NCBI GenBank assembly: GCA_964016885.1
Contig: OZ024745.1
Coordinates: forward strand, 102,052,001 to 102,116,000
DNA length: 64,000 nucleotides
Direction of reading: 5' to 3'
Source: Eledone cirrhosa
Taxonomy: Eukaryota
Position numbers and translations under genes: made by a program. The notes under the pieces are model-generated. The model did not search any database. It had not been told where the DNA came from and saw only the letters and a program-made list of their open reading frames with translations. Shown piece after piece: positions 1-12,441 of the stretch. Numbering within the stretch: position 1 is the first letter of the stretch; every line of letters begins with the position of its first letter.

Positions 1-462
1 CTCCTCTGTTATTGCCTGCAGGACTATGATAAACAGGAGAGGGCTAAGAACAGAGCCCTGGTGGACACCGACCTGTACGCCAAATTCCTAGCTATAGTTA
101 TTGCTAATCCTAACTTTGCTGACTGCACCCCTATACATGGCTTGTACAGCTTTCACAAGCCATTCATCTACTCCTAGTTTTCTAAGAGCCCACCAGATTA
201 TAGCACGGGGAACTCTGTCAAAGGCTTTCTCCAGATCGACGAATGCCAGGTAGTGCGGCTTACTTTTAGCTAGGTACTTTTCTTGTAACTGCCTCACAAG
301 GAAGAGTGCGTCAGTGGTGCCTCTTCCTGGCACAAACCCAAATTGCATCTCATCTAGTTTCACCCGGTCCCTAATCGACTGTGCTATAACTCTTTCTGTT
401 ACTTCCATGACCTGGTCCATCAGCTTTATACCTCTATAGTTTCCTCTATCTAGTGCATCACC

Positions 463-465
<3 letters not shown>
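1..465 (-). mobile_element. RTE-clade LINE reverse transcriptase fragment
   Basis: Minus-strand translation NYRGIKLM...QFGFVPGRGTTDALF...AFVDLEKAFDRVP...GVHQGSVLSPLLF matches RT domains. There is an in-frame stop at 88-90 and a (TA)n tract at the 5' break. Confidence 0.93.
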
Positions 466-499
<34 letters not shown>

Positions 500-503
<4 letters not shown>

Positions 504-835
504 GAAAACGAAAAATCAGTGATGCATCGGAACTCAATTTATTGTGTGTTACAATTGTTTCCCTGGTGAACAGCTCGAGGTGCGATCTGTGTGTGGATCG
601 ACCTGACTCTAGACTCGCAGGTTCCTCGGACACGTCTATTGATTTCGGAGCATATCCTCTTTCTGGGGTTTCTGACCCTACAGGTCTATATTGTCCACCT
701 TCATCCACTTTGCGCGTCCTTGGGTTGGTCACTGGTTAGTGACGTCCTCATAATTCTGACCACTGGTAGCAGCCCGCCGGCTGTCAGGGCATGAGCTGTC
801 ACTCACCCACTGTCCCGTCTGCAAAATGACTGCGG
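500..835 (-). mobile_element. Unclassified repeat island, possibly a Penelope-like terminal sequence with a decayed hammerhead core
   Basis: GC-richer island between microsatellites. The minus strand has CAGAAAGA-GGA-tatgc-TCC-GAAA (about 640-667) followed by AATAAA. Confidence 0.35.
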
Positions 836-879
836 TTTGTCAGCTCACACTCCCACTCACACACACATACACAGTTACT

Positions 880-1159
880 GTCAGTCTTTCTTTTTAGATA
901 GATACATAGATATAATGTTGCCCCCTTATAATATATGTCTGTATGCCTGGCTGTCTGCATTACGACATTATGAAGCTATATGTGTGTGTGTGTGTGTGTG
1001 TATATATGTATATATATAGTGTGTGTGTATATATATTTATATAGTGAGTAACGTTTTTCGAAATGTTTACTTCTGTGTTCACAGATTGATTTTTTTTAGT
1101 TTCAGAAGATCCTGTTAAGGGTGAAAGCAGCGATTCTTTGCTTAAACTTTAATCTGTTA

Positions 1160-1233
<74 letters not shown>

Positions 1234-1486
1234 TATATCCGTGTACAGATATTTTTGCATACACAATAACAAAATATAAACAAAAGTATTTATTTCATGA
1301 TAAATTATTGATTTTCTTCGTACGGAAAAAACCCTGGTAATCTACGACAATTTTTTTTTATAAGCACAAAATATAGACACCATCCTGAGGCCGAGGTATT
1401 CCGTACTTCTCTGTACTGTTTCAGAAAGGAGGGATAAACATGCCAATCTGTTTAGAAGCCCGAGCAACGCCGGGCCATTCTGCTAG
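880..1486 (+). mobile_element. Non-autonomous Helitron fragment with 3' terminus
   Basis: Ends in CCCGAGCAACGCCGGG hairpin plus CTAG|T. 885-970 resembles 12650-12730. 1229-1300 and 1415-1486 match 63115-63945 in reverse. Confidence 0.75.
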
Positions 1487-1499
1487 TTATATTATCATC

Positions 1500-1838
1500 A
1501 TTATCATCATTTTTATGTCCGCTTTTCCCTGCTTGCAAGGGTGGGACGGGAACTGATTCTGGCTTGATTTCTACAGCTGGATGCCCTTCCTAACACCAAC
1601 CTCATTTACAGTGAGTGCTGGGTGCTTTTTTGCCGTGGCACCTCCACGACCACTTTGCAGTGGAATGATATGGACCCCAGTCCCTATCATCTCATTTCTA
1701 CAGCTGAGTAAACTGGAGCAATGTGAAATAAAGTGTCTTGCTCAAGGAAACAACACATCACCCGGTCTGAGAATTGAAGAACTCACAACCTTTCGATTGC
1801 AAGGCCAATGCTCTAACCACTAAGCCATGTGCCTCCAT
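1500..1838 (-). mobile_element. tRNA-derived SINE family A (RTE-type tail)
   Basis: Reverse copy of the ~335 bp element GGAGGCACATGGCTTAGTGGTTAGAGC...GTTCAATTC (A/B boxes), central CCTTGAGCAAGACAC, and (ATG)n tail. Confidence 0.92.
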
Positions 1839-1844
1839 AGTAGT

Positions 1845-2405
1845 AATAATAGTAGTAATAATAATAAATGTGAAGACTAAAATCCAAAGATAGCTCGATA
1901 AAGATAAATATATCTCAAATATATAAGAACATTAGAGCAAATATTTATTAAAATAACAGATTAAAGTTTAAGCAAAGAATCGCTGCTTTCACCATTAACT
2001 GGATCTTCTGAAAATTCCGTTAAGGTTGAAAGCAGCGATTCTTTGCGTAAACTTTAATCTGTTATTTTAATAAATCTATATACCTATATATATATATAGA
2101 GAGAGAGTTACTAGTTAAGGCCAGTAAAATAATTATCTAATCCAGGCTTCTAGTCTAAAGTCTGTTTCGAGCCTGGAGGCTCATCAGACTTGTATTTATC
2201 CTTGTTTCCATGGATTTACGAGTCCATTCATTCACTTATATATGCTGCTAATGTAAATCCAACTACTACACTGCAGAATATATTGTGTTTGAGAGATATA
2301 AAAAAATGTCTGCAATGTTTTTTTTTTTATTAATAGCTTTAATATGATATTTTTCAATGATTGGCACACACACACATATATATCATCATCATCATCATCA
2401 TCCTG

Positions 2406-2445
<40 letters not shown>

Positions 2446-2662
2446 TAAAATAACAGATTAAAGTTTAAGCAAAGAATCGCTGCTTTCACCCTTAACGGGA
2501 TCTTCTGAAGATCCCGTTAAGAGTGAAAGCAGTGATTCTTTGCTTAAACTTTAATCTGTTATTTTAATAAATATTTGCTCTACGGTTCTTATATATTTGA
2601 TATATATTTATCCTTATCGAGCCCTCTTTGGATTTTAGTCTTCAAATTTATTATTATTACTA
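1845..2662. repeat. Nested inverted repeat: two ~130 bp palindromes (1943-2075, 2440-2572) inside outer inverted arms
   Basis: 1845-2075 is the reverse complement of 2440-2662. Each arm contains a near-perfect palindrome centred on TCTTCTGAA(G)A. Confidence 0.9.
2150..2192 (-). ncRNA. Degenerate minimal hammerhead ribozyme
   Basis: Minus strand reads agtCTGATGAgcctccaggctcGAAACagactttagact. Both core boxes are present but the stem II register and cleavage triplet are imperfect. Confidence 0.45.
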
Positions 2663-2681
2663 TATATATATATATATATAT

Positions 2682-3357
2682 AACAGAGATTAGAGAGAAA
2701 CAAAGCCTGCATGCTCCGATGGATGTCTAACAGTAATATACGTGAACGACAAAGCATAACTGAATTGAGAGAGAGACTGAGCATAAGAGGAATCAAATGC
2801 TGCGTGCAGGAGAGGCGGTTACGCTGGTATGGACATGTGATGTGTATGAAGGATGACAGCTGCATAAAAAGGTGCAGAGCACTAGAAGTTGATGGAAACC
2901 GCGGAGTGGGGAGACCCAAGATGACTTGGGATGAGGTGATAAAAGCCGACCTTACCCAACTACACCTCTCAAAGTCAATGACACACGACCGTGACTTCTG
3001 GCGTCACGCAGTAATACAGGGTACCCGACCTCCCATGGGTACATGCTGAAGCATATAAACAATATGCCCCCCCCCCCCCCCCCACCGCAAGGTGGTCGTG
3101 GAGGTGCCACGGCAAAAAAGCACCCAGCCCACACTGTAAAGTGGACGTGTAGGTGCCACGAAAAAGCACCCAGCACTCACTGTAAATGAGGTTGGTGTTA
3201 GGAAGGGCATCCAGCTGTAGAAATCAAGCCAGATCAGTTCCTGTATGAGCAAGGCATGGTCAGCCGACCAGACACTGCCCACAACAGGACAACCCGTCTA
3301 ACCCATGCTAGCGTGGAAGAACGGACGTAAAACGGTGATGATGATGATGATGATGAT
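2682..3357 (+). mobile_element. RTE LINE 3' fragment (ORF C-terminus, 3' UTR, (ATG)n tail)
   Basis: MLRWM...RRLRWYGHVM...GRPKMTW is a typical RTE C-terminus. Near-identical copy at 28585-29578. Confidence 0.92.
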
Positions 3358-3741
3358 AACAGCCTTCCTGTAGTTTCCCTCTATCAAATTCACCTCAGAG
3401 GCATTTGTCAACCCAGGGCTATAAAAAGAAGATACTTGCCCAAGGCACCACTCAGTGGGACTGAACTTAAAACTTTGTCGTTTAGAAATGATCTTCTTAA
3501 CCACCTTCTATATATATATGTATGTATGTGCATGCATAATATTTGTTAGCATAATATTTATTATACACTCTATTATATAATATTTATTTATTATATACAT
3601 ATATTCCTTTCAGAATAGCATCTCACTGCATCTGTGGATACTGACTCCATTCATACATTCCACTTACTTTCAAATGGAACATCATCAATTCATATACATC
3701 CACGGCACCCCTACCTAGCCACACCCATCCCACACCCATCA

Positions 3742-4190
3742 TTGGCAAACATGATCCTTGTTAGAATTTTGTCAAAGACACCGACAGAGATTAAAGGAAA
3801 GAAAATGAGAGAATTTTGTTATATATATTTAATTTAATACTATATGAATACCAGAGGCAGCAGTACCCAGGTATGCCTGAATTATAACCCCAAAAGAATA
3901 TAATCACATGAGTTTACTATATTCTGGATGATATGATTTTAAAAGAAGCTGCCAGTATTCAGCTGACTTCAGAATTTTTGTTATTTCTATATTTTACTAA
4001 AATTGGCAAAACATCAACCATAGCAGAATTTCGTCAAAGACACCTACAGAGATGAACAGAAAATAAAAAAAACAAACCGTAATGAGAGAATTATTCGATA
4101 TGTATTTAATTTCTTTGTACCTCATATTAGCAGCGGTATCTGGCCTTTCCCCAAAGTATATATGATCACATGAATTTGTTATGAATGTGT
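3742..4190. repeat. Diverged tandem duplication, ~260 bp period
   Basis: TTGGCAAA...AGAATTT(T/C)GTCAAAGACACC(G/T)ACAGAGAT...AATGAGAGAATT occurs at ~3742 and ~4003. Confidence 0.7.
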
Positions 4191-4192
4191 AC

Positions 4193-4231
<39 letters not shown>

Positions 4232-4242
4232 GTGTGTATGTG

Positions 4243-4295
<53 letters not shown>

Positions 4296-4319
4296 GTAAA
4301 GTTATGTTGGTACCACTAC

Positions 4320-4590
4320 ATCCAGTCTGAAACAAATGAGGTCGTGTAGGTGTCACGAAAAAAAAAAAACACACAGTCCACGCTGTAATGTGGCCGTGTA
4401 GGTAACACGGTAAATACCTCCCAGTCCACACTGTAAACGTGGTTGGTGTTAGGAAGGGCATCCAGCCGTAGAAAACCCGCCAGACAGTCCTATGCGAGCA
4501 AGACAACCACTCTTGCCTCAAGTGGGAAAACTCCCGTCCAAACCCATGCAAGCGTGGAACATGGACGTTAAACGATGATGATGATGATGA
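4320..4590 (+). mobile_element. RTE-type 3' UTR/tail fragment
   Basis: GGTTGGTGTTAGGAAGGGCATCCAGC...CCCATGC...GGACGTTAAAC(GAT)n, shared with RTE copies. Confidence 0.8.
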
Positions 4591-4750
4591 TATATATATA
4601 TAAATAAGTATATGTGTAAGTCTCGGGTTCAATCAGGGGTAAACACAGTTAGTAAAGTACTCAGTACATTAGTAGATTGTAAACGTCAAGTTTAATATAA
4701 AAATGGCTTCTACATGACTAGAACTGTTTCATAAGCCATTTCTATATTAA

Positions 4751-4879
<129 letters not shown>

Positions 4880-5090
4880 ATATATATATATGCCAGGTGC
4901 ATGAGCAGAAGGATGTATTTTTCCTGCCGGTGGCATATCACAAAATCGAATTTCATCTGAAGATACTGTTCTCAAAACAACAACAAATGCACGAATAACA
5001 TCTTAATTGCATGGGCAAACTGTTGAAATAATTATAATGAATAAACAGTTTATGTAACATCAGCATCTTTCTTAATGTTATTATTATATA

Positions 5091-6001
5091 CGAGGGCAAT
5101 CCCCAAAATAAGGTCTCCAAGGCGATGGGGACGCAGAGAAACTGTTCGTACGGCTGTTGGCAACACTGTTGCGATTGGTGCTTCCTTCACTCCCGAACAA
5201 GCATGCACGCGCTTCACTGGGATGTTCAATCTTGGGTTGGCAGCCGTTGAGAATGGAGCTCCCATTGAACGCTACCGCCAAGTGCGAAGTTCGCGCAGTT
5301 ATTCAGTTTTTGAACGCAAAAGGCGTTGAACCGATTGAAATTCATCGCCAATTGACGGAAGTGTATGGACAGTCGTGCATGGATGTCAAAAACGTTCGCC
5401 AGTGGTGTAGAGAGTTTACAGCCGGTCGTACTGAAATTCAAGACAAACAAAGGAGCGGGAGACCATCAATTTCCGACGAGACAGTCACAATTTTTCCGTT
5501 AAAATCCTGTGCTGTGGTGGTGCTTCGGGAAACCTCAGGAACCAAAATGCAGAGAGCATCCAGAGTGATCCGCCGATCTTTATGCATGTTTTCCTCAACC
5601 TTTGCAACTGTCTCGTCGGAAATTGACGGTCTCCCGCTCCTTTGTTCGTCGTGAATTTCAGTACAACCGGCTGTAAACTCTCTACACCACTTGCGAACGT
5701 TTTTGACATCCATGCACGACTGTCCATACACTTCCGTCAATTGGCGATGAATTTCAATTGGTTCAACGCCTTTTGTGTTCAAAAGCCGAATAACTGCGCG
5801 AACTTCGCACTTGGCGGTAGCGTTCAACGGGAGCTCCATTCTCAACGGCTGCCAAGCCAAGATTGAACATCCCAGTGAAGCGCGTGCATACTTGTTTGGG
5901 AGTGAAGGAAGCACCAATCACAACAGTGTTGCCAACAGCCGTACGAACAGTTTCTCTGCGTCCCCATCGCTTTGGAGACCTTAGTTTTTGGATTACCCTC
6001 G
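5091..6001. mobile_element. Fold-back mariner derivative (two inverted 5' halves)
   Basis: TA|CGAGGG...CCCTCG|TA termini. ~395 bp arms (5091-5485, 5607-6001) both encode the mariner N-terminal HTH (EVRAVI.FL.AKG...EIHRQLTEVYG...RSGRPS). No DD34D domain. Confidence 0.92.
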
Positions 6002-6007
6002 TATGTG

Positions 6008-6190
6008 TGAATTGGCAGTATTGGTAGAGGGTCAGACATGATTTCTTGCATAGTTACGTCCCTTTACGATCTGAGTTCAAATCTCACCGAGGTTAACTTT
6101 GCCTTTCATCCTTACGGGGTCGATAAAATAAAGTACCAGTAATGTATGTACTAGGTAATTGCTGGCCTTGTGTCAAAAGTAGAAACATTT
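6008..6190 (+). mobile_element. tRNA-derived SINE family B
   Basis: TGGCAGTATTGGTAGAG...GAGTTCAAATC (A/B boxes), core GCCTTTCATCCTTACGGGGTCGATAAAATAAAGTACCAG, tail GGCCTTGTG..AAAGTAGAAAC. Confidence 0.88.
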
Positions 6191-6689
6191 ATTATATATA
6201 TATGTGTGTGTGTATAAATTATAGATAAAATGCTTTTAAAAGATGCTAATAATCTTTAGGTTAGTTTGAGAACATTGTTTTGTTCATACTGCTAGATTCA
6301 AGCAATTCAGATAGTTTATAAAAATGTTCATGATATAAATAAACAAAGATAGAGCCTAAAACAATATTTTATCCCTACATTTTCTGAGAAAACTTTGCTT
6401 ATTTTCAAAATACTCTACCAATTTGTAAAATAACTCTAGATTAATTAAATTTCTTTTCCCAATAACTATTATAGTGTCCAGTGCCAAAATAGAATTTAGT
6501 AAGAACTACATAATCTATGGACTTCTCCTTGAAAAAATGTATTTATGTAAAATGTCAGCTACTTAGTTGCAAAACTGCAACCCACAACTTGGAATATGCA
6601 TATGTACATGCTTGTATGCATATATATATATAAGGGTTTACATATATATATATATAAGTGTAAAGTCCCTTTACATATATATATATATA

Positions 6690-9675
6690 AGTGTAAAGTC
6701 CCTTTCTTGGAAGAATTAGCAACAGAAAACAACTCCAAAATAATTGGAATTACTGAAAGTCATCTCAACGAAAACATCCGCAACAGTGAAATCTCAATCA
6801 ATGGATTCAACATCTTCAGATGTGATAGACAAGGCAGATCCCATGGGGGCGTTATCATGTATATCCATGATACCTATGCATGCATAGAACTTGTCAATGA
6901 ATCAAATGCCTACTGCAACCTGCTGTGCATAAAAATTATCCAACTTAATACAGTTGTAACAATAATGTACAGACCGCCAAACAGCCCAACACTATCCTTC
7001 ACTGAGCCACTGACAAAGCTCCAACAAATTCTGGGAAACATGGCAAGTCCAATGCCAGACATTATCCTCCTTGGTGACTTCAACTTCCCTAACATCATCT
7101 GGCCACATGGACACATACTAAAACTGGGGACAAAAGCTGAACAAATACAGGCAGCCAAACTGTTAGAAGTCACAGAGAAATTATACCTCAAACAAATGAT
7201 GACAGAAGCAACTAGAAATAATAATACGATCGACTTGGTTTTCACCAACAACGAGGACACGCTATTTGACCTTCACTCAACCCCAACAATCCTTTCAGAC
7301 CACAATATTATTGAAATGCATTTACACATTGGTAATGAGCCCAATGCCACAACTCTTAAACAAAAGGACATGCCAAAGCTATGCAGGTATGATTATCACC
7401 AGGCAAATTGGGAAACTATTAACAACCAGTTACAAATCATTGACTGGGATCTCTACCTTACTGGGCCAGAGAAACACAAGAAATTCTTAAACAAGATCGA
7501 AGAAATATGTGCAAAAAATATTCCTCTTAAGAAAACCAAATCCACAAAAAAACCTGTACCACGGGAGCGAAAGATCCTGATGCGCAAAAGGTCAAGACTA
7601 AGAAACAAAACATCTAAGCTGACATCAAAACATGAACTACAGAAAGTCCTTGACCAAATATACAGATTAGAAGACAATCTAAAACAACACTATGATGAAG
7701 AACGTAACAATGCAGAAAAGAGAGCCATAGAAAACATCAAGAAAAATCCAAAATGTTTCTACAGTTTTGCAAAGAAATACTCGAATACCAAGTCAACAAT
7801 AGGACCTCTCCAGAGACAAAATGGGGATGTAGTGAATAACCCTATTGAAATGGCAGAAATGTTGGGTCAACAGTATGAAAGTGTCTTCAGTGAGCCATCT
7901 AAAACCATGAAGATCCATGACCCAGAAGAATTCTTCAAGGATATCGACCATACTAAACCTACCCTATCCGACATTGATTTCAACCCAGAAGACATAGAAA
8001 GAGCCATAGACAAGCTCTCCATGCACTCGGCTGTGGGGCCTGATGGTTTCAATGCCATGATACTTAAAAACTGCAAGGTACAATTGTTGAAACCCCTTTA
8101 CATGATATGGAAGGAATCTATGGAGAATGGCAAAATACCAAATACATATAAAGAAGCACACATACTCCAATACATAAAGGGGACAGCAAATTAAAACCAA
8201 AGAACTACCGACCAATCTCACTGACATCACACATTATCAAGGTCTTCGAAAGAATAGTTCGTGGAAAACTGGTTGAGTTCCTGGAATCCAACAATCTGAT
8301 GAATTGCAATCAGCATGGATTCAGGTTAGGTAGATCATGTCTTTCCCAACTACTGGCACACCATGACCAAATCCTAGAAAATCTAGAGAATGGATACAAC
8401 ACAGATGTTATTTACCTCGACTTTGCCAAGGCATTTGACAAGGTAGATCATGGCATCCTGGGACACAAACTTCGAAAGCTAGGAGTAGGAGGAAAAGTTG
8501 GTACATGGATACATGAGTTCCTTACAAATAGAACTCAAACAGTCACTGTGAATGGAACCCATTCAACACCATCACCTGTGACCAGCAGTGTTCCTCAGGG
8601 TACAGTACTCGGCCCGATCCTGTTTCTCATCCTCATCTCTGACATAGATGAAGATACAACCAGCAACGTCTCATCCTTTGCTGATGACACCAGGGTCATG
8701 AGACAAATCAAAGACGAGGTGGATACAGAGGCCTTACAAAAGAACCTAACCACCATATACAAATGGCAGGAAACAAACAACATGTTGTTCAATGATAAGA
8801 AGTTTGAACTAATTCGCTACGGAACAGATCAAGATCTGAAAAATACAACAAACTACAGAAACCCATCAGGACAACAAATAATGGAAAAACAGTGTGTGAA
8901 AGATTTAGGCATCCACATGGGAACCAGCCTAAAATTCAGAGAACACCTTGACTCAGTCTGTCTTACTGCAAGAAAGTACAGCGGGTGGATCTTGCGCACC
9001 TTCAAATCAAGAGATACCTCAACAATGAAAACCCTCTGGAACAGTATGGTACTTCCGAGGATTGACTACTGTTCTCAGTTGTGGTCACCAACAACAAAAG
9101 GCCAACTATCTAAGATGGAATCGCTCCAAAGAAATTTTACCTCATACTTCTCAGAAATGAGGGACCTGGACTATTGGCAAAGACTCAAAACCTTGAAGAT
9201 GTACTCAATAGAAAGAAGATTTGAGCGATACCGAATTATATACATTTGGAAAATGATAGAGCAAAAGCTGCCAAACTTTGGTATCAAAACCTACCACTCA
9301 CTGCGCCACGGAAGACGCCGCCAGCTACCACCAATCAACAAAAGGGCTGGCCAGGCAGCAAAAACCCTGCGAGAGTCAAGTCTGTTGGTTCGAGGGGCAC
9401 AACTATTCAACTCCATTCCGGTACATGTCAGAAATCTATCAGGATGCAGTGTGGAATCATTCAAATTGCAGCTGGATAGATACTTAAGCACCATTAGAGA
9501 TGAACCCCATCTCCCAGGATATACACAACGAGCACAAACTGACTCAAACTCGCTCCTACACATGTCAAAATTAAACAGAGAATCCAACCTGGCAACCACA
9601 CCAGACTCTGAGGGTGGAGTCTTCGACTTGGCCTGAGCATGGACTCAAACTCAAATGAAATGAAATGAAATGAAA
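6690..9675 (+). mobile_element. CR1-group LINE, 5'-truncated, near-complete ORF2 (APE + RT) with one frameshift
   Basis: APE motifs GITESHL, GDFNFP, IDLVF, SDHN in ORF 6596-8194. RT motifs YLDFAKAFDKV, VPQGTVLGP, FADD in 8299-9636. The frames join at ~8164 (-1 nt). (GAAAT)n tail at 9652-9675. Confidence 0.93.
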
Positions 9676-9929
9676 TATAAAGTCATAAATATATATGTGT
9701 TTTGCAACGGGTCACTTTGTGGCTCAATGAAGAATTAATAAATTAAATAATCAGAGCTATATATCATAAAACATGTCTATAGAAACGATATATATTTTAT
9801 CTGGCGATTCTATAGACATGTTTTATGATATATATATATATATATCGATCGACTTTCGTCAAATCAGACCTAGGAAACAATGTTTCCATTGGTCTTTCCA
9901 ATTGCTAATACTATCTATCGGTGGCAACT

Positions 9930-10060
9930 CCAGGTAGAAGGAGCAACATGAAATAAAGTGTCTTGCTCAAGGACATAACGCATCATCCGGTCCAGGAATC
10001 GAACTCTCAACCTCAACATTGTGAATCCAATTCTCTAACCACTCAGCCACACGCCTTCAC
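9930..10060 (-). mobile_element. Older SINE related to family A (head and core only)
   Basis: GGAGCAACATGAAATAAAGTGTCTTGCTCAAGG...AACCACTCAGCCAC. Similar decayed copies at ~16600-16805 (-), ~26625-26900 (+) and ~60270-60590 (+). Confidence 0.7.
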
Positions 10061-10324
10061 TATATATGTATATGTATGCATATATACATGTATATACATA
10101 CATTAAGGTTTATATTTATTGACAACAGTAAACTGATAGAATTACTCAAGTGTTGGGTAAAACACTTTTTTACATGGTGTACTGAGTTCAAATTTCTGCT
10201 GGGGTCAACTTTCAACCTTCCAGCATCAATAAATAAAGTACCAGTCAAGTACTGTAGATGATTTTCCTCTCTGTCTCTTTCTTTCTTACTCCCTCTTTCT
10301 TTGTCAGAACTGGCTATGTCACTC

Positions 10325-10640
10325 TTTTTCTTGCCGTATGACATATCCACAGTAGCTAGAGAAGCAAGTCAAGACCGGCGAGTAAGACCAAGGTGTCATT
10401 TGCAGTATTATGGATAGTTTCCAGGCGACTGAGAAAATGTGGGGGGGGGGGGGGCAATCCCTAACTATATGCAACACCATCTGGTTATGGTCCCCACAGT
10501 CACATGCTGGGCTGTCTTTCATTTTCCATCGATGGAGTTGGCAAATCTGGACTCATTCCATGATCTTCACCACTCTTCCTTCAGATCAAAAGGTTATTGT
10601 TCTGAAAGGTCTTCATTGATTCCTAGAATGGTTTGCATGG
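10325..10640 (-). mobile_element. Ingi/Vingi-like LINE 3' end fragment
   Basis: HRWKMKDSPACDCGDHNQMVLHIVRDCP is a C-terminal CCHC knuckle, followed by a short 3' UTR ending CATACGG plus an A-rich tail. Confidence 0.65.
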
Positions 10641-12009
10641 TTTCAAGTGCATGTTTTTATGAAACATAGTTCACTTCTCAACCAAACGGTCTTGGGTTTT
10701 ATGGCACTGTGTGGGATGGCATTATTTTTCTATTAATGGCCACACATGGCTTTTCTCTTTACTGTGTCATATAAAGAAAAACATCCGTTTATTTTAAGGG
10801 TTCCAGCTCATAAAATGTGGTAGAATGTATTTTAGACGAAATGGCATATGTTTAAGAATGCACCATTAAAAATATTTTAAAGCTACACTGGACTGTTTGA
10901 GCTACATTTAAGGAACAAACAAACAGACATATGAGAGTGTTATTACAATATAGGTTTGAATTCTTTATGTTTAAAGAATTGTTTCTTATAGTACAGTTAC
11001 ATGATTGGCTTGAATCAAATATAGTATTTGTGGTCAAATAATTTTGTAAATGTGGGAATTTATAATGGATTCCATTTCTCTGAAACTAGGTAGTAAATAT
11101 CAAAATTGATACCAATAGACAACAAAATCTATTGTGAAATTATAAAATATATCATCATATAATTCTATGTATACTAATTCAGTGATTTGCACCACTGAAA
11201 TTAATGTTAGATTTATATACAGCGATAGTAATTACTGACAATGTTTGCTTGATATATATCTTTTATGAAACTTTTTTTGTTTGTTTTATATTAGGTCTCA
11301 GACCAACCCAATTTAATCTCAAAACTGTAATAAGATACAATTACCATTCAAATGAGGAGAATAAGTACTCTTCCTATGAAAGATATTGCAATTTAATCCT
11401 GTTTATTATAGAGTTCTATTATACCTTAATTAAAGTTTAGTGAATTTCATTATTCAATATTTATTGCTTTAACACACATGATTAGATATTTGCAATGAGT
11501 ATTGTTATTGGTACAATGACCAATCATACTCTCACAGTTTTGCTTCAATCTGAAATCTTGAGGTTAAATGTTTCATTCAAATCAATGATTTCTTTCATGA
11601 GAATCTAGTGGATTTTTAGAGTTTTTGATATGTTCCTTTGTACAGTATAAACGTCATTATCACGATATATTCATTGTTATTTCATTCTTAAGTAGTAACA
11701 AAAGAATTTATAAGAGCAGTCATTTGCTTCTGGTCACTAACTAAATAAATTATATATAATTTTCACTTTATTTCTCTGTGAAGGGTGGCTGAATTCAGAA
11801 GCATAGAAATACGAAGGAGATCAAGTTTGTTGATTGCTACTTCTAACTTGTAAACCAAAATATTTGTTCATATATAATCTGTTTTGTGTTTTTTGTATCA
11901 GGAACGAAATCGTATGTGTAAAGTAACTCTAATTAAGAAGGCCAGATCAATGTCATATCTATAGCTTTAACATATAGAAATCTGCTAAAAGCTAAAAAAT
12001 ATATTATAT

Positions 12010-12308
12010 ACCATCTCCTTATAATATATAACCAGCAATTTCTCTGTCTGTCTGTCCGACAGTGGAAACACGTGCGCGCGTGCGAATGTTTTTTGCGCAC
12101 GCGTAGAGAGAGAGTGAGAGTGAAAGAAAGAGACAGACTACAAGAGGGGGAGAGAGGGGGGAATTGAGGAGTGCTACAGAAACATATATACATTTCTGTG
12201 TGTGTGTAATATATATATATATATATACACACACACAGAAATATATATACATTTCTGTGTGTGTAATATATATATACACACAGAAATATATATACATTTC
12301 TGTGTGTG

Positions 12309-12363
<55 letters not shown>

Positions 12364-12430
12364 GAAATATATATACATTTCTGTGTGTATAATATATATA
12401 TATACTAGCAGAAAACCACCCGGTGGGCAG
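12010..12430. repeat. Helitron-like termini with a tandem palindromic minisatellite
   Basis: TATAATATATAA...TCTGTCTGTCTGTCC 5'-like motif, four CACAGAAAT-atatatac-ATTTCTGTG units (12175-12390), and reversed CTAG terminus ACTAGCAGAAA..CCCGG at 12404. Confidence 0.55.
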
Positions 12431-12441
12431 TTTTCTGTTAC

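Noticed and set aside
1581-1823. Recurrent 80 aa ORF MPFLTPTSFTVSAGCFF... (also 16124, 41045, 43209, 52381)
   Set aside because: Antisense reading of SINE family A, not a gene family.
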